A DNA stretch of 64,000 nucleotides from Cenarchaeum sp. (GTDB lineage Archaea; Thermoproteota; Nitrososphaeria; Nitrososphaerales; Nitrosopumilaceae), in the NCBI GenBank assembly GCA_965212015.1, contig OZ243037.1, positions 928,001 through 992,000 of the forward strand. The letters run 5' to 3'. Shown piece after piece: positions 10,490 through 20,026 of the stretch. Both the position numbers and the translations under genes were made by a program. Position 1 is the stretch's first letter, and each line of letters begins with the position of its first letter. The notes under the pieces are model-generated. The model did not search any database and was not told the DNA's origin. It saw only the letters and a program-made list of their open reading frames with translations.

Positions 10490-11485
10490 CTAGAGCCAGT
10501 GCGGAATCTGCATGTATTTGCCAATGTCCTGCTTTTTTAGCACCCTGAGCAGCGCAAGTGCCTGCGGCGTCGAGAGTACCGGCACGTCAAAGCGGTTGTC
10601 CGTCGAGATGCGCGGACACGCCACCTGAATGAACGCATCTATCCCCCCAAAGTTTTGCAGCCTGTCGTTGGTAATGTCCGTCATTGCAAAAAGCAGCACG
10701 GTCTTGCCGGCCCCCTCAAGCTCCCTTTTGAATTTCAGCGCGGTGGTCTTTGATAGCTGTCCCTCCTTTAGGCCGACTATAACGCCAAACGTTTCTGCGT
10801 CGGCGGCCTTGTATATTGCCAGCGTCGCCTTTTTCTGGATTTTTTGCGCAAACTCGGTGACCTCCCTTACCTCGTTAAAGTACGGATCCAGCACGTACGT
10901 GGGAAGGCCAGTCGACAGCGCGATTCCGGCGGCATGAAAGTTGCTCTGGCCCAAAAACACGTTTGCGTCTGCCTCCAGCCTGTTCTCCATTGCCGGATAA
11001 AACTCGCACCCAAAGACCTGCCCGTCGTTGAGCTGGCCCTTTGCTGCGCCGACCCTTACTGTGACCCCGCCGGACTCGAAAATGCCGCGCACCGTATCCA
11101 TCTGACAGAGGTGCTGGCTGTCCGTGACTAGCGACACGGTCCTGCCTGAGAGCCGCCCTACAGCCTTGAGTGCGACCCTGTCAAATGCCACGTCATCAAA
11201 GGCGTCTATCAGAAATACATTGTCCCCGTACTGCTCTGTGTTTATCGTGTGTCCCAGGTTAAAGAGAATCTCTGCTGCCAGCGTCCTTGCACCGTTCGAG
11301 TTGAGATCGCATGTGCCCCACGTGGTGTCCGCCAGAATGTACGCCGGGATTCCAAACCTGCCCATGATTTTAGACGCCGTATCTTGCACCTGCGCCAGCA
11401 TCCCGTCGGGCCCGTTGAGGGCCACAGAGGCGGGCTTTTTCCGGGATATGATCTCAAATATCCTCTCCTCGTCCACTATGATCAT
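10490..11485 (-). CDS. dph2: Diphthamide biosynthesis enzyme Dph2
   Basis: WGTCD, GQVFGC, ACPRIS Fe-S cysteines. Confidence 0.92.
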   Translation of the reverse strand: MIIVDEERIFEIISRKKPASVALNGPDGMLAQVQDTASKIMGRFGIPAYILADTTWGTCDLNSNGARTLAAEILFNLGHTINTEQYGDNVFLIDAFDDVAFDRVALKAVGRLSGRTVSLVTDSQHLCQMDTVRGIFESGGVTVRVGAAKGQLNDGQVFGCEFYPAMENRLEADANVFLGQSNFHAAGIALSTGLPTYVLDPYFNEVREVTEFAQKIQKKATLAIYKAADAETFGVIVGLKEGQLSKTTALKFKRELEGAGKTVLLFAMTDITNDRLQNFGGIDAFIQVACPRISTDNRFDVPVLSTPQALALLRVLKKQDIGKYMQIPHWL

Positions 11486-11564
11486 TTTCCAGCTAAAGGC
11501 GGGGCGATTTTAATTTAAACCAAGCTGGCAAAGCCAAAAATGGGAAGGGGCCGCACGCCGTACA

Positions 11565-12881
11565 GTGAAAGAGACCGTAATGCACATTGGGTTTGACGAC
11601 ACCGACTCGCCGGGCGGAATGTGCACCACGTATCTGGGCTTTAGGCTGGCAGGCGCCCTGCGGGACATGGGGGCGAGGTTTTTGGACTATCCCAGGCTGG
11701 TCCGCTTTAATCCAAACATCCCGTGGAAGACGCGCGGCAACGGGGCGGTGGGGCTAAAGATAAGCACCGACAATCCCGGGGCGGTCAAAAAAAAGGCCGC
11801 GCGCATGGTAAGGGAGAACTCGCAGGTTAATGACGGCGCAAATCCGGCCGTCGTCTTTTACGAGAGCGGGGATGTGCCAGAATCCATCACCGAGTTTAGC
11901 AGGGCGGCCCTGTGGAGGCTCATCGGCCGCAGCCAGGCAAAAAGATTCGTCAGGCAGAACAATCTCGAGTCGTTTTATTTTGGGAACGGGCAGGGGCTGG
12001 TAGGCGCAGTGGGCGTCATCGGCTACGAGTTCGGAGACGCGACCCTTGAGCTGCTGCGGTACAGAAAAAAAGAAAAGTTTGGCACGCCGCGGAAGATTTC
12101 CGCTGACAGCGTGAGGAGGATGCAGGAGGCCACATACCCCGGCACGTTTGGAAGCTATGACGAAAAAAAACGCAGGGTAATGATTGCGCCGCACGGGCCG
12201 GATCCCGTGCTTTACGGAATCCGCGGCGACGATCCGGCAGTGCTGCTCCGGGCATCAAAGATGATCAGGTGCGCCGAGCGGCCGGGCGGATACATGCTAT
12301 TCAAGTCCAACCAGGGAACCTCCGATCACCTGAGAAACGGGCTGGACGCAAAAGACCTGAGGCCGTACGCATCAGGCACGCTTGAGGGCACCATACAGTC
12401 AAGGCCCGTCACGGAGCGCGGCGGCCACGTGTTTTTTTCGCTGCGCTGCAGTGGCGGCGCAGTCCGGTGCGCCGTGTACAAAGAGTCCGGAATGGCCCGC
12501 CACATCGCAGAGCTTAATGCAGGCGACAGGGTAAGGGTGGGCGGAGGAGTCCGCAAGGCAAGCAAAAGACATCCAAGGGTGCTAAACGTAGAGTTTGTCG
12601 ACGTCACAGGCCTGGTCCGGGGGCGCCGCATGGCAAACCCGCTTTGTGCGGGATGCAAAAAAAGGATGAAGTCCAGGGGAAGCGGGCAGGGCTTTGCGTG
12701 CGCGCAGTGCGGGGCGCAAGGCGCCTCAAAGATAGCCGAGGCGGTGGAAAGAAAAATCAAGGCGAAAACGTACATGCCGGTAATCTCGGCGCAGCGCCAC
12801 CTGACGCGGCCGCGCCAGCGCATAAAGAAAAGAAACGAGGCGCCATTTGGCGGCTCTGTCAGGTGGTTTAGTGTTAGGTAG
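11565..12881 (+). CDS. tiaS: tRNA(Ile2) agmatidine synthetase
   Basis: IGFDDTDS..GMCTT, NPNIPWKTRGNG, PHGPDPVLYGIRG, OB fold, Zn ribbon, RHLTRP. Confidence 0.95.
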   Translation: MKETVMHIGFDDTDSPGGMCTTYLGFRLAGALRDMGARFLDYPRLVRFNPNIPWKTRGNGAVGLKISTDNPGAVKKKAARMVRENSQVNDGANPAVVFYESGDVPESITEFSRAALWRLIGRSQAKRFVRQNNLESFYFGNGQGLVGAVGVIGYEFGDATLELLRYRKKEKFGTPRKISADSVRRMQEATYPGTFGSYDEKKRRVMIAPHGPDPVLYGIRGDDPAVLLRASKMIRCAERPGGYMLFKSNQGTSDHLRNGLDAKDLRPYASGTLEGTIQSRPVTERGGHVFFSLRCSGGAVRCAVYKESGMARHIAELNAGDRVRVGGGVRKASKRHPRVLNVEFVDVTGLVRGRRMANPLCAGCKKRMKSRGSGQGFACAQCGAQGASKIAEAVERKIKAKTYMPVISAQRHLTRPRQRIKKRNEAPFGGSVRWFSVR

Positions 12882-12968
12882 CGGGGAGTAGATTTGAACT
12901 ACTGATTTGCGGGTTATGAGCCCGCCGGGATGACTTTGTCCACAAGTGTCTGACTTCCCCACCCCGCT
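12879..12968 (-). tRNA. Initiator tRNA-Met (CAT) with a 15-nt D-loop intron (12935-12949)
   Basis: A1-U72 acceptor AGCGGGG/CCCCGCT; anticodon arm GCGGG-CTCATAA-CCCGC (3 G-C pairs); T arm AGTAG-TTCAAAT-CTACT; 25-nt D-loop folds as a relaxed BHB. Confidence 0.92.
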
Positions 12969-13063
12969 GAAACACGAAAAACGCCATAGGTATATACACC
13001 TTATTTTGAGGATTCTGGTGCCGGCCTGCCATCTATAAATTAGGCCCCAAATGGCACAAGTCC

Positions 13064-14452
13064 TTGAGCATCACCACGGTCAATCCCGCAACGGGGGAGC
13101 CCATATCCACCTATGCTGCGATGGGCAGAGACGAGGTATGGCGGCGCGTCGAGACTGCAAGGCGCGCGTTTCCAGAATGGAGGTCGGATCTGGAAAAAAG
13201 GCGCGGCTGCGTGTATAATCTTGTAGAGCACCTGAGGGCCAACAGGGACAGTCTTGCCGGCGTAGCCACGCGCGAGATGGGCAAGGTAGCAAAAGAGGCG
13301 GCAGGCGAGATTGAAAAATGCGCATGGACGCTAGAGTTTTACGCAGACCACGCTGCAAGCTTTCTTCACGAGGAGGTCCTAAACACGGACGCCCGGAAGA
13401 GCTTTCTTGTGTTCGAGCCGATAGGCGTGATAGGCGCAATCATGCCGTGGAACTTTCCCTACTGGCAGGTGCTGCGGTTTGCGGCGCCGACTCTGATGGC
13501 GGGAAACACCATAGTCATAAAGCCCTCGAGCGTCTCGGTGCAGTGCGGAATAGAGATGGAGCGGGCCTTTGCGGAATCCGGCTTTCCTGACGGCGCATTT
13601 CAGGTGGTGGTAGGCGGCGCCGATACGGCAAACCACCTGATAGACTCCGGCGTCGGCGCAGTAGCCTTTACCGGCAGCACCGGCGCAGGCTCCAAGGTGG
13701 CGCGCCGCGCCTCGGCCAACCTGAAAAAATGCGTACTTGAGCTTGGCGGAAGCGACCCGTTCATAGTGCTGGAGGACGCCGACGTCGAAAAGGCAGCAGA
13801 CGGGGCAGTCAAGGGCAGGTTCATCAACTGCGGGCAGAGCTGCATTGCCTCAAAGCGCTTTTTTGTCGCAAAAAAGATAGCAGACGAGTTTGTCGAAAGG
13901 TTCATCAAAAAGGCATCAGACATCGCAGTCGGGGATCCCACGTCGCAGCAAAGCGACATGGGGCCGCTTGCAAGCGCCGGCGGCCTTGAGACCATCTCCG
14001 GTATAGTCGACGACGCAAGCTCAAAGGGCGCAGAGATTCTGCTTGGCGGTAAACGGATGGACGGGCCGGGGTACTTTTACGAGCCCACGATACTCGAGGG
14101 CGTCGCGCCGCAGATGAGAATCGCAGGCGAGGAGACGTTCGGGCCCGTTGCGCCGATCACAATAGTTGACGGCCCCGACGAGGCAGTCAGGCTTGCAAAC
14201 AAAGTCGAGTTCGGCCTTGGTGCGAGCATCTGGTCTGCCGACCTGGGCATGGCAGAGGATCTCTCGCGCAGAATCGAGGCGGGAATTGTCAGCGTAAACA
14301 ATGTGGTAGTGTCTGATCCCAGGATTCCGTTTGGCGGGATAAAAAACAGCGGGTTTGGGCGGGAGCTCTCGCGGTACGGCATGCTAGAGTTCATAAACAT
14401 AAAGTCCGTAAGGTTTTACGACAGCCTGGTCCACCACCACTTTGTAGAGTGA
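13064..14452 (+). CDS. NAD(P)-dependent aldehyde dehydrogenase (succinate-semialdehyde dehydrogenase-like)
   Basis: IMPWNFP, FTGST, LELGGSD, GQSC, EETFGP; TATAAA at ~13034. Confidence 0.92.
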   Translation: MSITTVNPATGEPISTYAAMGRDEVWRRVETARRAFPEWRSDLEKRRGCVYNLVEHLRANRDSLAGVATREMGKVAKEAAGEIEKCAWTLEFYADHAASFLHEEVLNTDARKSFLVFEPIGVIGAIMPWNFPYWQVLRFAAPTLMAGNTIVIKPSSVSVQCGIEMERAFAESGFPDGAFQVVVGGADTANHLIDSGVGAVAFTGSTGAGSKVARRASANLKKCVLELGGSDPFIVLEDADVEKAADGAVKGRFINCGQSCIASKRFFVAKKIADEFVERFIKKASDIAVGDPTSQQSDMGPLASAGGLETISGIVDDASSKGAEILLGGKRMDGPGYFYEPTILEGVAPQMRIAGEETFGPVAPITIVDGPDEAVRLANKVEFGLGASIWSADLGMAEDLSRRIEAGIVSVNNVVVSDPRIPFGGIKNSGFGRELSRYGMLEFINIKSVRFYDSLVHHHFVE

Positions 14453-14992
14453 TCAGATCTTTTTTACCAGCACGAACCTCGGCTTTGCGGGATCAATGTC
14501 CTCGTGCATCTCTACGTTGCTGATTATCCTGACTTTGTATGAGAGCCACTTTTGGTACATGTCCCTTCCCCTGCTGCGCGAATCCGGCCCGTCGCAGCCA
14601 AGCTCGCAGTTGACAATGTATCTTTTCGAGACGCGGAACATCTCGGCGAGCGCCGCGTCCACCTGGCCGTCATCCAGATAGTTGAAAAACCCGTGGGTAA
14701 AGACAATGTCGACTGAGGCATCGGCGTACGGCATGTCTACTGCGCTGCCCGTCCGAAAGTCAAACGACGCCAGCCTTTGCCTTGCAATGTCTACTATTTT
14801 CTGGCCGATATCCAGGCCGTGCACCTCCGTTGTCCCAGAAAACAGCCGCAGGTCGTTGCCTGCATTGCAGCCCACCTCAAGGACGCTTGCGCACCTGAGC
14901 GATGCGGCAAGGTCCCTGATGAATTTTGCAAACTCTTCGTTATAGTGCGAGTCGGCATCGGCGGCATAGTCCTCCCAGAACCTCCCGTCCAT
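14453..14992 (-). CDS. Class I SAM-dependent methyltransferase
   Basis: VLEVGCNAG motif I, PYADASVDIV. Confidence 0.85.
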   Translation of the reverse strand: MDGRFWEDYAADADSHYNEEFAKFIRDLAASLRCASVLEVGCNAGNDLRLFSGTTEVHGLDIGQKIVDIARQRLASFDFRTGSAVDMPYADASVDIVFTHGFFNYLDDGQVDAALAEMFRVSKRYIVNCELGCDGPDSRSRGRDMYQKWLSYKVRIISNVEMHEDIDPAKPRFVLVKKI

Positions 14993-15150
14993 TACGCCCC
15001 CCCGTGCCCGCACCGGCACCGGATCATCTTTGTGTCAAACGCGCAGTCGTGCGGCCCGTCGGATCTGGCATCCACCGGAATCATCCCCATGCATTCGGCG
15101 TGGCGGCCCTTTTTGCAGAACCAGCAGGTCTCCGTGTTTGAATTATTCAT
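14992..15150 (-). CDS. 52-aa Cys/His-rich microprotein (putative Zn binder), below the ORF-track cut-off
   Basis: MNNSNTETCWFCKKGRHAECMGMIPVDARSDGPHDCAFDTKMIRCRCGHGGA*; its TAA overlaps the methyltransferase ATG (TAATG). Confidence 0.75.
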   Translation of the reverse strand: MNNSNTETCWFCKKGRHAECMGMIPVDARSDGPHDCAFDTKMIRCRCGHGGA

Positions 15151-15183
15151 GCAGGTGCGCGGTGCCGTTTCACGTAAAAATCT

Positions 15184-16098
15184 TCAGATGTACCTGAGCC
15201 AGGGCAAAAACCTGTCATTGCGGCCCATGGTAATGTCGGCAAACGACTTTTGCAGTGCCCGCGTGACCCTGCCGGGCTTGCCGCCGGAGATCTTTGCCCT
15301 GTCTATCTGCGTTACGGACTTTACCTCCGCTGCGGTGCCCACCATGAACACCTCGTCGGCAACATACAGGTCCTCCCTGTCGATGTCCCTCTCTATTACG
15401 AATCCGCCGTTCTCCTCTATTATCTGCATGACGCTGTCGCGCGTGATTCCGTCCAGTATTCCCGAGTCAAGCGGCGGCGTGACTATCTGCCCGTCCTTGA
15501 GCATAAAGATGTTCTCGGCGCTTCCCTCGCCCACCTTGCCGTCGGAGTTTAGCATTATCGCCTCGTCGTATCCGTCCTCTAGCGCCTCGAGCCTTGCCAG
15601 CGCGGCGTTTGAATAGTTGGCGGCGGCCTTTGCCTTTACCGGCTGGGATCTAGAGTCTATCCGGGTCCAGCTTGAAATCTTGCACTTTGCGCCGGACTTT
15701 TTTCCGGCGCTTGACTCGCCCATCTTCCACTCCCAGCACGCAATGGAGACGTCTATCTTGTTCTTGGACGGGGTGAGGCCCATGTTGCCGTACCCATAGT
15801 ATGCAATCGGCCTAATGTAGCATTCCCTTAGGCTGCTGGCCCTCACCGTCTTTATTATCGCCTCTGTGATTTGTGCCTTGGTGTACGGGATTCTCATCGA
15901 GTACATCTTTGCGGATCGAAACAGCCTGTCGACGTGATCCGGGAGCCGGAATATCGCCGAGCCGCCCGGCGTGTCATAGCACCGCAGCCCCTCAAAGACC
16001 GCAGTGGAATAGTGCAGTGCGTGCGTCAGCACGTGTATTTTGGCGTCCTTGAACGGAACCAGCCTGCCGTTCATCCAGATTTTTCCGACCTCCCTCAT
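15184..16098 (-). CDS. ilvE: Branched-chain amino acid aminotransferase
   Basis: HALHY..AVFEG, YIRP, EGSAENIF, ILDGITRDS, GTAAEV. Confidence 0.95.
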   Translation of the reverse strand: MREVGKIWMNGRLVPFKDAKIHVLTHALHYSTAVFEGLRCYDTPGGSAIFRLPDHVDRLFRSAKMYSMRIPYTKAQITEAIIKTVRASSLRECYIRPIAYYGYGNMGLTPSKNKIDVSIACWEWKMGESSAGKKSGAKCKISSWTRIDSRSQPVKAKAAANYSNAALARLEALEDGYDEAIMLNSDGKVGEGSAENIFMLKDGQIVTPPLDSGILDGITRDSVMQIIEENGGFVIERDIDREDLYVADEVFMVGTAAEVKSVTQIDRAKISGGKPGRVTRALQKSFADITMGRNDRFLPWLRYI

Positions 16099-16174
16099 GC
16101 CGGTGCTAAGGACGGCTGGCAATTTAAAGAATTACGTGTGAAAGACAGATATTCCCGCGCCATACACCAGTGCC

Positions 16175-16381
16175 GTGATATGGGAGCTTGGCGTACCTGC
16201 AATCGTGCTGCTCGTAATAGGCCTGGTTGGACAGGGCTTTGAGATGAGAAGGATCAGGCTGGAGGGGGAGGCATCGGCAGGCGTTTTTGCAGACAGGCGG
16301 AACTTCAAGTGGTATGCCGTGATTGCAGCCGGGGTGGTATTATGGTATATTGCCGAGCGTGGCGGCTACGGATCTATATAG
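16175..16381 (+). CDS. Small hypothetical membrane protein
   Basis: Two TM segments; 68 aa; divergent from ilvE. Confidence 0.7.
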   Translation: MIWELGVPAIVLLVIGLVGQGFEMRRIRLEGEASAGVFADRRNFKWYAVIAAGVVLWYIAERGGYGSI

Positions 16382-16421
16382 ATCAAGCCTAAATAGCTGA
16401 GCCGTGCATGATAAGACAAGC

Positions 16422-16515
16422 GTGTTTAGGGTAACGCCGGAACTAAGTCTAGATAAGGTTCAAGAACAAACCCAGGTTGGTCAGACTGGTGAAAATCCAG
16501 TTAAGCCAACTTTTT
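16422..16515 (+). ncRNA. Candidate structured non-coding RNA (or terminator-containing small transcript)
   Basis: TAAATA box at 16390-16395; hairpin GTTGG..GACTGG-TGAAAAT-CCAGTT..CCAAC followed by TTTTT; lower GC than flanks. Confidence 0.45.
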
Positions 16516-17929
16516 AGATAAATTTTATCGCCGGCCTCTCCGAATGTATGGCGCGGATTGCAGCCTCGATGTTCTCACCAGAGTCCTCGACTACCAGTAT
16601 GATTCGCGAGGTCTCCTCCTGGGCGTCCATGTTCAGTATGTTCAGGCCCGCCTGGCCCAGCCTGTGGCTTGCCTTTGATGCCACGTGCTGCACGCGCCAC
16701 ATCTCGTCGCCAATCATCGTAATCACCCCCCTGTCGTAGGTAATCGCGGCAAGGGGGTCAAACCCGAGAAGGTATTTCTCGTTGCGCCTCACATAGTCGG
16801 CGTCCAAAAACAGGATTCTCGTAAACTCGGTTCCGTCCCTTGTAAACGGCGAGAGGATGACAAACTCGCCGTACCGCCTGTCCTCTTCTAGCGAGGCTAG
16901 CAGGCCCGCTGCCGCATGCGTCTCTATCCTGAATATGGCGCAGTTTTTCCTTCCCGTTACGATCTTTAGCGGATGGCCGCTTTGCGAGCCGGGCACCCGC
17001 TTTATCGTGGTGGTGTTTTGCGGGTTTTTCATGTCAGATACGGTTATCGGAATGTCCACGCCGTTTTCGAGTATCTCCTTGATTGCTATCGGATCCAGGA
17101 TCTTCATTCCGAACATTCCGGCCAGCCGCGCCTCGTTGTACGAGAGCTGCTTTACCCCGCTCAGGCCGTCGCGTACAATCTTGGGATCGGCAGACACCAC
17201 TGCGCTGTCCTTTTCAAAGTCTATTCTTACATTGTATTTTTTGTGCAGCAGTATGCCCAGATCGGCCGCCGTGCGATCAGAGCCGCCCCTCTCGTAGGTC
17301 GTGATTATATCATCCGTCGTTTTTCCTATGAACCCGCCGATTGTGACAATGTCGTTTTCCTCAAGCAGCCGCTCCAGTACGGAGGTGTGCGCAGCCGACT
17401 CGGAGTACAAAAAGTTTGTCGATTCTATGTTTTTGTCGGTAATGATCGGCCATGAATCAAACGGCACGACCTCGGATCGCATTTTCCTGCCCTTCAGTAT
17501 AAGGTTCATTATATGGGACATTAGTATTTCGCCTGCAAATGCAAGGGAGCTTGAGCGGATTTCGTTTGCAAACTCGCGCCCCTTTCGCGCCGCATCAAGG
17601 GAGGCAGATACCCTTTGAAGAAAGTCCGCTGTCAGCTTTGTGCATTCGGCCTGGTATTCAGAGCTTACCATCCCCAGGATTTTTTCATAGGCGCCCCTGA
17701 CCTTGTCAAGGCCAAAATCCTGCCCGGATTCGGCCCTTTTTCCCATGTCCAGTACAATGTCCGTAATGGAGCGGGTTTGTCCGCCGTCTGCAGTCAGCGG
17801 GGCGGAAAATACGCATATTATCTTGGAGTCCTTTTTCAGGTCCGTTATCCTCCGGATTATGACCGGGATTAAGAGCCCGTCAGGACCGATCGCGCTTCCC
17901 CCGAATTTTGCAACAACCAGATTTGCCAT
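16514..17929 (-). CDS. Aspartate kinase
   Basis: VAKFGGSA, GGFIG, ERGGSDRTA, SADPK, C-terminal ACT-like region. Confidence 0.9.
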   Translation of the reverse strand: MANLVVAKFGGSAIGPDGLLIPVIIRRITDLKKDSKIICVFSAPLTADGGQTRSITDIVLDMGKRAESGQDFGLDKVRGAYEKILGMVSSEYQAECTKLTADFLQRVSASLDAARKGREFANEIRSSSLAFAGEILMSHIMNLILKGRKMRSEVVPFDSWPIITDKNIESTNFLYSESAAHTSVLERLLEENDIVTIGGFIGKTTDDIITTYERGGSDRTAADLGILLHKKYNVRIDFEKDSAVVSADPKIVRDGLSGVKQLSYNEARLAGMFGMKILDPIAIKEILENGVDIPITVSDMKNPQNTTTIKRVPGSQSGHPLKIVTGRKNCAIFRIETHAAAGLLASLEEDRRYGEFVILSPFTRDGTEFTRILFLDADYVRRNEKYLLGFDPLAAITYDRGVITMIGDEMWRVQHVASKASHRLGQAGLNILNMDAQEETSRIILVVEDSGENIEAAIRAIHSERPAIKFI

Positions 17930-17957
17930 ACGGAAAAAAAGATCCGGATGCCGTCTA

Positions 17958-18986
17958 TTAAGCATTTGATTTGCCGAGGGCCTTTTCAATGACCCCGCAT
18001 GCTTGCTGTGCGCCGTCGTTTGCGGCTGGATTTCTTTTCTGTTTTATTTTTTCAGAGATCAGGCCCTCCAGGCGGTTCAGGTCCTCGTGCGAGAATCCCT
18101 CGTCTTTGGCGTTATCCTCCTGCTCAAAGTGCCCCAGAATTGGAATGAATATTGCCGGCGTCCCGTACGCGCGGCCTTCGTCTATGGTCGACTTGCCTGC
18201 AAGAGATACCAGCACGTCTGCTGCAAAAATCAGCTCGTGCAGGTTTGCGACAAAGCCCAGGTTTCTTATCCCCTCTCCGCACTCTATTTTCAGGGCAGGC
18301 CCCGTTGCCAGCACGATTTGCATGTCATCCGGCAAATTGGGCGCAATCCGGAGCATTTTCCGGATGAGAAATCCCCCCGCATCCGTTCCCCCGACGCTTA
18401 CCAGGATTGTCTTTCCCTCAAACCGGTATTTTTTTCGGAGCTCCTCCCTGGAACTGCTCGTCTTTCTTGTTATCGGGCCCACTCGGATAATGTTGCCGTT
18501 ATTTGCCCCGCGCTCCGGAAGTATTACCGCATTGCATTTTCCGGCCAAATCCCGCATTGAGCGGTTCATCCTTTTTTCAATCAGGCCGCCCACGCCGCTT
18601 GCAAACCTAGTCTCCAGAATGTCCGTAACCAGGATTGTCCGGATGCCTCTTTCCTGTGCGACTGCAAGTGACGCAAAGTCCTCGTCGCTTATTACCAGTT
18701 CTGGCTTGTGGCGTGCGATGATTTTTTCCGAGATTGACTTGCAGTCGTTATAGTACCGATAGTATCTCCACAGCCACCGTAGCTTGCCTTGCAGCCGGCC
18801 TCCCCGGACATCAAAGGCAGGCGGGCTGTACGCGTCGTCTGCATCAAAGCGCCCGGCAAGGAATTTTGCCGCATGGCCCCCCGATACAAACCTCAATGAG
18901 GCGCCTTTGAGGCACCCGGCAATGGCAGAATCCCTCGTGGCATGGCCCAGGCCTATCGGGCTGGAGAAAAAAAGAATGTCCGTCAT
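17958..18986 (-). CDS. GT-B glycosyltransferase (family 28/MurG-like)
   Basis: GLGHATR, SVGG, AGKSTIDE, HFEQEDNA. Confidence 0.85.
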   Translation of the reverse strand: MTDILFFSSPIGLGHATRDSAIAGCLKGASLRFVSGGHAAKFLAGRFDADDAYSPPAFDVRGGRLQGKLRWLWRYYRYYNDCKSISEKIIARHKPELVISDEDFASLAVAQERGIRTILVTDILETRFASGVGGLIEKRMNRSMRDLAGKCNAVILPERGANNGNIIRVGPITRKTSSSREELRKKYRFEGKTILVSVGGTDAGGFLIRKMLRIAPNLPDDMQIVLATGPALKIECGEGIRNLGFVANLHELIFAADVLVSLAGKSTIDEGRAYGTPAIFIPILGHFEQEDNAKDEGFSHEDLNRLEGLISEKIKQKRNPAANDGAQQACGVIEKALGKSNA

Positions 18987-19063
18987 GGCAGGTTTGGGCC
19001 GGCAATCACATTTCTAGATTTTTATTCTCAAAGCTTAAATGGGTTTTAATGGTCAGAATTGCT

Positions 19064-19138
19064 GGGCTCATAGTCCAGATCGGTTATGACGTCGCCCTTA
19101 CACGGCGAAGATCCGGGGTTCAAATCCCCGTGGGCCCA
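19064..19138 (+). tRNA. tRNA-Val (TAC)
   Basis: GGGCTCA/TGGGCCC acceptor; TCGCC-CTTACAC-GGCGA; CGGGG-TTCAAAT-CCCCG; TTAAAT box upstream. Confidence 0.97.
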
Positions 19139-19142
19139 CTCT

Positions 19143-19415
19143 TCTCCCACCTAGCCGCCCCGTAGCCGGAAGGATATTCTGATCGGCACGGAGCTGATCG
19201 ATACTATATTTTATGGAATTGTAAAACATTTGATCATGTGTGATTTTTCAGCATGTATTGAGAATGAGGATTGTCAGATTTGGTATGGCGAGAGTTTGAA
19301 AACCTCTATCGAGTCGCTCGATTCGCGGGTTCAAATCCCGTCCCTGACGCGGTTATTAGAATACTGGGAATTAAAAAGGTATCTTGGCGAGTCAGGCGTG
19401 GCCACAGGTCTGGTC
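19143..19415 (+). repeat. Direct repeat A, copy 1 (contains pseudo-tRNA)
   Basis: Highly similar to 26008-26276. Confidence 0.92.
19264..19349 (+). pseudogene. tRNA-Ser-like (type II) pseudogene with GAA at the anticodon position
   Basis: Long variable arm ATCGAG-TCG-CTCGAT; T arm GCGGG-TTCAAAT-CCCGT; G73; broken acceptor stem. Confidence 0.75.
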
Positions 19416-19452
19416 ATTGGGAGGCCCTTGATCCATCAGGTGTGACGTCTCC

Positions 19453-19575
19453 GGTGGGGGCTCTGGCTAGAACAGAATCCGTAGCCTCACGGCGTTTGGC
19501 TGGTGGTGGAGAAAGCCTCTGGCATCTACGGTTGTCTTTGGGCATCTAGACTCTGGCTTGTAGGGGCATCTGTCA
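19453..19575 (+). repeat. Diverged repeat B, copy 1
   Basis: Similar to 22472-22600 (GGTGGGGGCTCTGGC...CACGGCGTTTGGC...GGCTTGYAGGGRCATCTGTCA); its 3' end recurs at 19854-19875. Confidence 0.75.
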
Positions 19576-19710
19576 GCCTGTACTGACCACAAAAGGGTCG
19601 TTTTTCAAACTCTCCAAGCAGATTTCCAGCTCGCAGTTACCTCACAAACCCCAAAACAACGACCTCCATTCAGCTTCTTCAACGTCTTTTTCCTAGGACT
19701 CCCTGACGGG

Positions 19711-19854
19711 AAGGCCCGCCTGCGATTCGAAATATACAATCACCAAAAAGCTTGTGATGATCAGGGTTATCTGAAATGCAACTAAAATCCCAACCTTGGG
19801 CTTGGCATCCGTGGCGTGAAAATCATTCCCAACAATAAAAATTTAGCACATGTG
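19711..19854 (+). repeat. 144-bp direct repeat C, copy 1
   Basis: Near-identical to 21099-21242. Confidence 0.95.
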
Positions 19855-20026
19855 GCTTGCAGGGACATCTGTCATCCCAGAGGGTCTGATGTGCATTTTG
19901 TAATGCAGTAGGACCCCAAAATGGAGGCTTTTTGAGTAGCCTGAAGGGATTTCATAGAATATTCTCGCTTTGTCTGTCCGCATATACATGCATCTATGAT
20001 TTCTGGCCTCGATAAACAATCCAATG

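Noticed and set aside
16422-16512. Cobalamin/FMN riboswitch because of GGTGAAAATCC
   Set aside because: Other conserved elements are absent and no gene lies downstream on that strand
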